DNA of 64,000 nucleotides from Acidobacteriota bacterium (GTDB lineage Bacteria > Acidobacteriota > UBA6911 > RPQK01 > JADFOI01), in the NCBI GenBank assembly GCA_963663035.1, contig OY760074.1, positions 1,024,001 through 1,088,000 on the forward strand, given 5' to 3'. The notes under the pieces are model-generated. The model made no database searches and was not told the origin of the DNA. It saw only the letters and a list, made by a program, of their open reading frames with translations. How positions within the stretch are numbered: position 1 is the stretch's first letter; each line of letters opens with the position of its first letter. A program made the translations under genes and the position numbers. Below are positions 57,195 through 64,000 of this stretch, in pieces.

Positions 57195-57932
57195 TTAAAG
57201 AGATCCTTCCCAGTAATCTGTTCCAAAGGAGCTGACAGGATCATCCAGTCGAATCGGCTCTCGGACCAGGAAAGCCTCACCGTAAGTGGTTCCAATGGAG
57301 ATACCGTAGTGCTTGGCCCGGGTGATGATCGTCTCCAGAAACTGAGGGGCACTAATCAGGGTCTCCTCATCACCAAATTGGCTCTTTTCGGGGTGATGAA
57401 ATTGAGATTTATAGGCCTGAATCGCCTCTATTTTGCGATCGTGACACTCGGTGATGTCCACCACGAAGGAAGGCTGGAATTCGAACCAGCACTGATAATA
57501 GATCACCCGAGAGGGACGGTGAGCCTCCTGGTCGGTGTCGATCTTTTTTAATCCGGCCAGGAAGGCTGCTTCACGGATCAGCGTTGAGGTGTTGGCGTGG
57601 TCTGGATGCCGGTCTTCCCAGTAGGGCGCGAAGACAATTTTCGGTTGATATTCCCGAATTTCCCGGATGATCTTGAGTTTGTTTTCCCAGCTGACGGAAA
57701 CGTTGCCATCGGGGATGTCCAGCATCTTGTGAGCCGAGAGACCCATGATGCCGGCCGCCTCCTGGAACTCCTGGTTTCGAATTTCCGGGGACCCGCGTGT
57801 CCCCAGCTCGCCACGGGTTAGGGAAATGACGCCGGTTTTGTATCCTTTTGAGGCGAGTTTGATCAGAGTTCCGGCACAGCACAGCTCGATATCGTCTGGA
57901 TGAGCGCCGAAGGCCACAGACTCAAGCTGCAT
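57195..57932 (-). CDS. bshB1: Bacillithiol biosynthesis deacetylase
   Basis: GAHPDDIEL, LTRGELGTRG, DRHPDH, AYKSQF, YGEAF; adjacent to bshA. Confidence 0.9.
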   Translation of the reverse strand: MQLESVAFGAHPDDIELCCAGTLIKLASKGYKTGVISLTRGELGTRGSPEIRNQEFQEAAGIMGLSAHKMLDIPDGNVSVSWENKLKIIREIREYQPKIVFAPYWEDRHPDHANTSTLIREAAFLAGLKKIDTDQEAHRPSRVIYYQCWFEFQPSFVVDITECHDRKIEAIQAYKSQFHHPEKSQFGDEETLISAPQFLETIITRAKHYGISIGTTYGEAFLVREPIRLDDPVSSFGTDYWEGSL

Positions 57933-57971
57933 GGCATGCTGAAAGGCCTGGTGAAATTCTCTGAGGAGGAG

Positions 57972-58337
57972 TTAGTGTGCAGCGCTGGAAGGGTCGGCCA
58001 GAGCGCTGCCAAATTTTTCCTCTTCCTTCTTCTTCACTGCATCTATGTCCAGGGCGCCATCCAGGGACCCTTTAGTTTCAGTGATGCGGTTGTCGTCCGT
58101 ACAGAGGTCGGCAGCATTCTTCTCGATCCATTCCTCATGTTCCTCAGGAACTTCCGCCTCGGGATAGATGGCGTTGACAGGACACAGAGGAACGCAGGCA
58201 TCACAATCGATGCACTCATCCGGGTTGATGATCAACATGTGGGGATCCTGAAGCTCGTAAAAACAGTCCACCGGGCAGTCAGCCACACAGTCCGTATAGC
58301 GGTTGTCAGAACAGCGTTCCGTGACAATGTAAGTCAT
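57972..58337 (-). CDS. fdxA: Ferredoxin (7Fe/8Fe, FdxA type)
   Basis: MTYIVTERC...YTDCVADCPVDCF...CIDCDACVPLCPVNAI. Confidence 0.9.
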   Translation of the reverse strand: MTYIVTERCSDNRYTDCVADCPVDCFYELQDPHMLIINPDECIDCDACVPLCPVNAIYPEAEVPEEHEEWIEKNAADLCTDDNRITETKGSLDGALDIDAVKKKEEEKFGSALADPSSAAH

Positions 58338-58429
58338 TGAATCTCTCCTCCTGTCGTCCTTATCAAAAAATCCTTGTTACCATACCAAGCCTGTACAGGC
58401 GGGTGCAAGTTTGAACGTTACCACAAGTA

Positions 58430-59431
58430 CTATGTCGAAATTCCTGACTCCATTGGCAAGTCAATCGCTTCTGCATTGACCACATTTCCTGTTCTGGGCA
58501 TGGTTCCCCTCAGCACAGCTTTGATGTCTTCACCCAGAGTGCGGAGCATACGCTCCTGTGCCCGGCCCGTTCTGGCGGCCACGTGGGCTGAGAAGAGCGC
58601 ACGTGGGTGCTGGAAGATAGGATGTGTGAGATCGGGTGGTTCCTGAATCAGGGTGTCCAGGGCGACGTAGCCCAGCCGGCCGCTTTCCAAGGCCGCCTGG
58701 AGAAGGTCGTAGCTCTCCACCAACTCACCGCGGGCGGCGTTGATGAGAATTGCGCCCTTCTTGAAGTTTTCAATATTGGAGGCGTTGATCAGGCTTTTGG
58801 TGTTCTCCTGAAGAGGAGTATGCAGCGTGACCACATCGCTCTTTTCCAGCAGTTCCTCCAGGGGGACGGAATGAAGCTTCTCCTGGGCGAGATCTGAGGG
58901 TTCCAGGTAGGGATCGGTCACCAGCACATTGAGGTCAAAGGGCTGCAGGAGATGCAATACCTGTCGTCCGATGCTTCCCAGTCCCACAATGCCCACTGTG
59001 GCTGCTTCAAGATCCAGGTTCAGGCGATGATAGCGCTCTTGCCAGTTCCCTTGGAGTACTGCTTGGTGCCAGCCGCGAAGGTCCTTGGCGGCTGCCAGAA
59101 TGAGAGCGACGGTGTGCTCAGCCACCGCCCGCGACATGGCTCCAGGTGTATACAACACTGCAATATTGCGCAAAGATGCGGCCTCGACATCAACCGTGTT
59201 ATAGCCGGCTCCGGTGCGTGCAATGATTCGAAGAGCGGGGGCTGCCTCCATGACCTCGCTGTCGATCAGAGTGGAACCCCTGGCGACGATGGCGACCACC
59301 TGTGCGTCCAGGGCGGAGAGAAGGGAACTGCGGGAGGGTTCCTCCACTATCACCACCTGTTCATCGGAGAAGAACTGCTCGATGACCCATTCGGGAAGGT
59401 GTCCCAGGGTAACGATTTTGTGTCCTGACAT
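58430..59431 (-). CDS. D-isomer-specific 2-hydroxyacid dehydrogenase (SerA-like, no ACT domain)
   Basis: RTGAGYNTVD, AVAEH, GLGSIG, LHTPL, INAARG, EPP, SAHVA. Confidence 0.9.
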   Translation of the reverse strand: MSGHKIVTLGHLPEWVIEQFFSDEQVVIVEEPSRSSLLSALDAQVVAIVARGSTLIDSEVMEAAPALRIIARTGAGYNTVDVEAASLRNIAVLYTPGAMSRAVAEHTVALILAAAKDLRGWHQAVLQGNWQERYHRLNLDLEAATVGIVGLGSIGRQVLHLLQPFDLNVLVTDPYLEPSDLAQEKLHSVPLEELLEKSDVVTLHTPLQENTKSLINASNIENFKKGAILINAARGELVESYDLLQAALESGRLGYVALDTLIQEPPDLTHPIFQHPRALFSAHVAARTGRAQERMLRTLGEDIKAVLRGTMPRTGNVVNAEAIDLPMESGIST

Positions 59432-59533
59432 GATGTGCTCTATTTTCCTTAACCGGGTGAGAAATTCAAGTGTTTATGAGTTGGTGCGTGGGAGGGTTTG
59501 TGCGTGGGAGGCACCGGCAAGTTTCTATTCATC

Positions 59534-59560
59534 CGTGGGAGGCACCCTCAGGTGCCGAAT
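59534..59560. repeat. Family D REP (with partial copies at 59487-59518)
   Basis: CGTGGGAGGCACCCTCAGGTGCCGAAT. Confidence 0.8.
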
Positions 59561-59626
59561 CCGTGCCTCCTCCGGCCTGTGGACAGTTTCTGCAGGCACG
59601 TGCTAGAATGCCCCGCTTTATCCCCG

Positions 59627-59701
59627 GTCCCTATCGTCTAGCTTGGCCTAGGACACCGCCCTTTCAAGGCGGAAACACGGGTTCAAATCCCGTTGGGGAC
59701 G
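59627..59701 (+). tRNA. tRNA-Glu(UUC)
   Basis: Acceptor GTCCCTA/TGGGGAC, anticodon arm CCGCC-CTTTCAA-GGCGG, GGTTCAAATCC; upstream TGcTAGAAT. Confidence 0.95.
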
Positions 59702-59715
59702 CACCTTCCAACGAT

Positions 59716-60954
59716 CTACTTGGCTAGTGCGGCAAAAGACTGCTGCGCCGTCAGGACTTGCTCCAGGCGTGCCAGCCGCTCTGTGAGTTCGGCAAGCTGG
59801 TCCTTCTGCACCTGGGTCTGCCGGTGCTGTTTCTGGAGTTCGTTGAGCAACATTCCACCTAACTGTTGATACAAGACTGTCTTGACTCTTTCCTGGTCGT
59901 CATACACAACCAGTTCGGGATACACCTCGGCGACTTCCTCCGCAATAAGACCGTATTGCAGCCGGCCATCACCCGCGTCGTACTCCTTCTTGTAGTGAAA
60001 GGTGACCGGACGCAGGCGCATCAGGCTGGTGCTGGCTTCGCCCATGTCGTGGATGTCCTCCTTGAACCGCTTTGAGGAGGAAGGAACCACCTGAACACCA
60101 GCGATGAAGGCACTTGTTTGACCGTCGCCGATTCTGATGGTGTTCGATTCCGCCGCAAAGCCCTGGTGGCCGATATAGATGTTGTTGTCGCCAGTCGTCG
60201 CGGCAGCTCCTGCGTCCGCACCAATTGCGATGTTGTTATCGCCAATGGTGTTGCTGCCGAGCGCAACGACCCCACTCGCCGTGTTGTTATCGCCTTCGGT
60301 GTTTCTGAAGAGCTCCTGGACTTCACTCGCTGTGTTGTTTATGCCCGTGGAATTTCTGAAGAGCGCGATATATCCGCTGGCAGTGTTATTTTTTCCCGTG
60401 GTGTTGTTTTGGAGCGCAACGACCCCACTCGCCGTATTGTTAGTTCCTTCGGTGTTTAAGAGGAGTGCACTGAAACCAATCGCTGTGTTGGATCGGCCGG
60501 TGATATTCTCTCGGAGCGCACCGCTCCCAGTCGCTGTGTTGCCTCGGTCGGTCGTGTTCTCTCGAAGGGTATTGAAACCCATCGCTGTGTTGAATGCGCC
60601 GGTGGTGTTGTTCTGGAATGAATTGCCTCCCAGCCTGCTGTTGTTGCCAACGGTGGCGACCCTTGGACCAAAGGTCACATCCATCGAAGACATTCCCATA
60701 TCAGTGGAGACAACGACCAGAAAGGTTCCTCGGGGGTCTGTGAATGACAGCGCAGCCTCTATGGACGTACTGGTTGAAGAGTTGACTCCCAGCTCCTCCA
60801 GCGTACCGAGGTCGGTGCCCATAAAGACTTGGAGGCCAGCACCGAAATCGTCGCCGAAGATGGTAAGCGTTCCCTCATCCAAATTCACTACTGCGTTTGT
60901 CAGGAAGGGCGCTTGCCCAAAACTCGGCACTGTCCACAAAAAAAAGATCACCAT
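59716..60954 (-). CDS. Tail-fibre/adhesin-like repeat protein with an intramolecular chaperone (Peptidase_S74) domain
   Basis: 14-aa NTAxGxxALxxNTxG repeats; SSKRFKEDI, LRPVTFHY, YGLIAEEV..VYPELV; C-terminal coiled coil. Confidence 0.85.
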   Translation of the reverse strand: MVIFFLWTVPSFGQAPFLTNAVVNLDEGTLTIFGDDFGAGLQVFMGTDLGTLEELGVNSSTSTSIEAALSFTDPRGTFLVVVSTDMGMSSMDVTFGPRVATVGNNSRLGGNSFQNNTTGAFNTAMGFNTLRENTTDRGNTATGSGALRENITGRSNTAIGFSALLLNTEGTNNTASGVVALQNNTTGKNNTASGYIALFRNSTGINNTASEVQELFRNTEGDNNTASGVVALGSNTIGDNNIAIGADAGAAATTGDNNIYIGHQGFAAESNTIRIGDGQTSAFIAGVQVVPSSSKRFKEDIHDMGEASTSLMRLRPVTFHYKKEYDAGDGRLQYGLIAEEVAEVYPELVVYDDQERVKTVLYQQLGGMLLNELQKQHRQTQVQKDQLAELTERLARLEQVLTAQQSFAALAK

Positions 60955-61204
60955 TAATAAGGGTTGGTTGGGTAAATTGTCGTTTCATGATCCTTTCTTT
61001 TCTTAGGTCCTTTGACATTTCTTAGATGGCGTCTTCTGGTGTGATATGCACCTTCACTGGCTTCACGTCTCGGTGAATGACGCCCTTCTGCTGAGATTTC
61101 CGTGAATGCTTACCTTCAGGAGATGAAAGGCAATGCAGAGGTCAGGTAGGGTCACTGGATTTGGAGTACACAGTACCGACAAGTCCAGCAAACGTTCCGA
61201 GTGC

Positions 61205-61849
61205 TTACAAAGAAGAACAATATAACTTTGCGGATTCTTCAAGAATATACGACAAAGTCGTTGCCGGCTCTTGCGTCGAGTCAATGATGGTATGGATCCC
61301 ATAGAAGCTAAAGGCTATGACGAGAATCTCGAAGACTCTGGGATAGCGCAACAGGGATGGCAGAAAGTAGATCATGAAGAAGAGGGCGGGTATGCTATAG
61401 CTAATCACTACAACATCATTCCAGTTGCGGAAGATCCCAAAGGGAGCTTCACCTGAGACTGATCTGTAGTTGAGGTAGCGTCCCATTTCCTCATGAAACC
61501 CGACTAATTCGTCCAGTGATAAAAACCCGATGGCCATGGCCATTAACAGCCAAAAGTACCTGTGCCGGTTCTCTTGATCAGGTGACATAAAAAAGGAAGC
61601 AAAAGCAAACCCTCCTCCCATCGCCAGGAAAATAGCAGACAGCGCCGTAATCATCCCCCTCTCGGACCTGAAATGAAGCGAGAGTGGTTCATCTGCCGGG
61701 GTCATTGCTAGGGCAAGTAGAATGTACAACAGGACGGAGGTGACCAGAGTCGCCGTTAGCCATCCGATCCGGGGAGGTGGTGTTGTGCGGCGTATAGCCA
61801 GGGACTCTCGCACAAGACTCTGGTAGCGACTAGTAGGGTTATAAGTCAT
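61205..61849 (-). CDS. Polytopic membrane protein (possible premature stop)
   Basis: TM helices; FLSLDELVGFHE and ILEESAK motifs. Confidence 0.65.
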   Translation of the reverse strand: MTYNPTSRYQSLVRESLAIRRTTPPPRIGWLTATLVTSVLLYILLALAMTPADEPLSLHFRSERGMITALSAIFLAMGGGFAFASFFMSPDQENRHRYFWLLMAMAIGFLSLDELVGFHEEMGRYLNYRSVSGEAPFGIFRNWNDVVVISYSIPALFFMIYFLPSLLRYPRVFEILVIAFSFYGIHTIIDSTQEPATTLSYILEESAKLYCSSL

Positions 61850-62020
61850 AACTAGTGTAAGGGCCCCACAGCTGTAAGACACATACGCTCTATATCTTAC
61901 CACCCTTTGGGGGGATGAGGTGTTGAGTGGGAGACACACAGATCCACCTTCGCCGCACTGAGGCGGCTCCCAAATTCTCCAAGCAACAAGGACCAGAACG
62001 TGAAAGGCCGCCGAACTGAG

Positions 62021-62047
62021 CGTGGGAGGCACCTCAGGTGCCGAATT
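62021..62047. repeat. Family D REP
   Basis: CGTGGGAGGCACCTCAGGTGCCGAATT. Confidence 0.85.
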
Positions 62048-62117
62048 AGACAGGTGTCAGTGGTCAGAGGTCAGCGGTTAACGGGGTACCTCTCCTGCCT
62101 CTGGTATGCTGGAAATA

Positions 62118-62918
62118 GTGCAAGAGGTAGGCGGGATCATAGGCATCGTATTCCCGGTACTGGTCGCTTTTGTTCTGAACAGGTTCCGGCCGGTGCTCGA
62201 GAGTGATGAAGGAGGGCAGCTACCCAAGGGAAGTGATGCTGTGCCTGCTGGAGACCCATCGCTTTCTCAACGTGAGCACCTGAGCAGTGTCGGAACTTTT
62301 TTCCTGTTCTTCTTAGTGCTCGCAGTTCCCCTTGCCTGGCTGCAGTGGCACGCCTTCCACCTCGCTTCAGAGAGCAGTCAGTGGCTTTTTTCATGGCGGG
62401 TCACGGATCTCTGGCTCTACCCGATGATTCCGGGATTGTTTCTGGGCTTGATCCTTGCATTCTGGGTACAGTGGCATTACTTGCGTCGGTATCGGCCCAA
62501 GAGGTTCTGGTATCTTCTGGATCGACGTTACAAGAATCAGCCGTCCTTACGGCAGAACTTTGAGGCCTGGCCATGGATCACCTGGATTCTTGCTGGGGGA
62601 CTCGTGGTGTTGAACTGGGCTTGTTTTGACACCTTTCTACAGGTCGGTACAGACAGGATTCGCTATAGTTCTTTTTTCAGCCCGTCTTCCTATGAACACT
62701 CGATTGATGAGATCTCGTGTGTGGTTGTCTATTCGCTCCGACAGGCACCCAACGGCAAAATCAACGAGAAGCCTTACTTAGAGCTGGAACTGAAGGGTGG
62801 CCAGGTGGTCGATACCTATTACCTGATGGAGCCTGAGCACATCCCGGTTGTGGTGGATCTCCTGTCAGCGGTATCGGACTCGAAGGTCTCAGTTGTGCGG
62901 AAGCGCGGCCCAAAATAG
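62118..62918 (+). CDS. Hypothetical membrane protein
   Basis: 4 TM segments plus a soluble beta-rich C-terminus; GTG 62118 follows TGgTATGCT. Confidence 0.6.
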   Translation: MQEVGGIIGIVFPVLVAFVLNRFRPVLESDEGGQLPKGSDAVPAGDPSLSQREHLSSVGTFFLFFLVLAVPLAWLQWHAFHLASESSQWLFSWRVTDLWLYPMIPGLFLGLILAFWVQWHYLRRYRPKRFWYLLDRRYKNQPSLRQNFEAWPWITWILAGGLVVLNWACFDTFLQVGTDRIRYSSFFSPSSYEHSIDEISCVVVYSLRQAPNGKINEKPYLELELKGGQVVDTYYLMEPEHIPVVVDLLSAVSDSKVSVVRKRGPK

Positions 62919-62962
62919 CAGCCTGTCAGCTGTCGGGGGTCAGCTGTCAGCGGTCAGCGGTG

Positions 62963-63457
62963 TCAGTGGCTTACAGCAGCGGAGACTTCCGAACAACTCA
63001 TGTGCAGGATGGCCGCATGGGCGCCAATTTCAGTCAGACCCAGGCTTGTGCTCCCGATCTGATGGCACACCGTGCAGCCGAAGCGCTCAAAGTCGACGCG
63101 GGTTGTCCTCTGTTGCTCGTTCCATTGCGCTTCCGGTACCGAGAGAGTCTCCCACACGGTTGTGAGCATCCCAGGACAGCCTTGAAAGTCTCTGGCCATC
63201 ACTTCACCGTAAGCTGTGAGTCCAAAAACGCCCGTTTGGGTGAGCGAATGGCAAGTCTCACACCCGTAAGAATCATAAACCCACTGGGCAACCTCCCGTG
63301 AGCTTTTTCCCTGGGTGTCGTACTCCAACAGCGAGGTGACCTCAGAGGGCGCGGGAAGTTCGTCCGATTCGGTTCTCTGCCAGAAAAGGAAGCCGAGTAC
63401 AAGAAGAAACGCAATGGAAAAGGGTATCACCCGCATCAAGAGCTTGCGCTTTTCCAT
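62963..63457 (-). CDS. Membrane-anchored diheme c-type cytochrome
   Basis: N-terminal TM helix; CETCH and CTVCH in two internal repeats. Confidence 0.78.
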   Translation of the reverse strand: MEKRKLLMRVIPFSIAFLLVLGFLFWQRTESDELPAPSEVTSLLEYDTQGKSSREVAQWVYDSYGCETCHSLTQTGVFGLTAYGEVMARDFQGCPGMLTTVWETLSVPEAQWNEQQRTTRVDFERFGCTVCHQIGSTSLGLTEIGAHAAILHMSCSEVSAAVSH

Positions 63458-63478
63458 AGAGCTGAGCTGTTCTTGAAA

Positions 63479-64000
63479 TTACCTATCTTCATACATCTCG
63501 GGCAGGGAATAGGTTAGCACCGCATTCACCCACTTGTCCGAGACGATAACGGTCTTACTCTCCGGGTCCAGTACCACGCCACGGGGCTGTTTCAACATGC
63601 CGTTTGGTCCTCCGATCCTCCAGCGAGGCGGGACATCCCCGTTGTCGTCAATACTCCATACGCCCACGAAGGCGCGATTGGATACCGGTTCTTCGCCGCC
63701 CGAGTCCCCAACCACGATCCATCCTCCGGGAGGATGAACGCGGACGTGCTCCAGGCTCTTGAGCCCTGATTGTGGACCCGCGATGACGGATCGCGGTTTC
63801 ACGTTTCCTTCGTCGGTACGATTGAAGATCAGTATGTGTTGTCTTCTGTCTGCTCCACTGCCTCCTGAGCCCACCACGATGAGCAGGTCATGGACCGGAT
63901 CAACGGCGACCGAGAAGGCCCCCAGTTGGGTGTCAGGACCTCGCAGAATTCGAATTGGGGCCACGTCCCCCTCTCCGTCCCGCGGAAACACTAATACGGA
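63479..64000 (-). CDS. NHL-like beta-propeller protein (C-terminal part)
   Basis: Repeats GDVAPIRILRGPDTQL, GNVKPRSVIAGPQSGL, GDVPPRWRIGGPNGML; frame open to the window edge. Confidence 0.7.
   Translation of the reverse strand, partial: SVLVFPRDGEGDVAPIRILRGPDTQLGAFSVAVDPVHDLLIVVGSGGSGADRRQHILIFNRTDEGNVKPRSVIAGPQSGLKSLEHVRVHPPGGWIVVGDSGGEEPVSNRAFVGVWSIDDNGDVPPRWRIGGPNGMLKQPRGVVLDPESKTVIVSDKWVNAVLTYSLPEMYEDR

Overview
Roughly 56-58% GC (by eye) chromosomal segment, most likely from an Acidobacteriota genome. The evidence is three Acidobacterial-type secreted VWA proteins, a DUF6599-like protein, 'MIGxTISHY' Ser/Thr kinases and an 'NEASAI' pilin-like protein. Bases 1-32 kb are mostly core genes: hemD-hemC-hemA-ccsA, M50 protease-trpS-scpAB-rluB-ribE-ribB(X), glycerate kinase/gpgS, amiC, SLT, alaS-recX-ilvE, ftsK-rnj-rsmA and trxA-purA. 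After tRNA-Lys (32.3 kb) comes an accessory region of kinases, hydrolases and chimeric or broken genes. It is followed by a ferredoxin-bshB1-bshA-PIG-L-DASS operon, tRNA-Glu and a second accessory patch. No transposase, integrase or CRISPR array was seen. The most unusual signals are: (1) a 150-265 bp modular long-hairpin repeat in 5 copies, with within-copy compensatory changes, strand-specific G:U pairs and an invariant G(CUUG)C-capped core, which often overlaps stop codons and carries other REP modules, one of them circularly permuted; (2) reuse of a kinase 5' end, in one case with its promoter, at the start of non-kinase genes; (3) a riboflavin synthase fused to a membrane anchor and an unknown domain, next to a RibBA whose cyclohydrolase Zn site is lost; (4) a bacillithiol-type operon with a secreted deacetylase and a dicarboxylate transporter; (5) a small diheme cytochrome with candidate Cys axial ligands; (6) many apparently leaderless genes. 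All calls are from reading the sequence; no searches were run.
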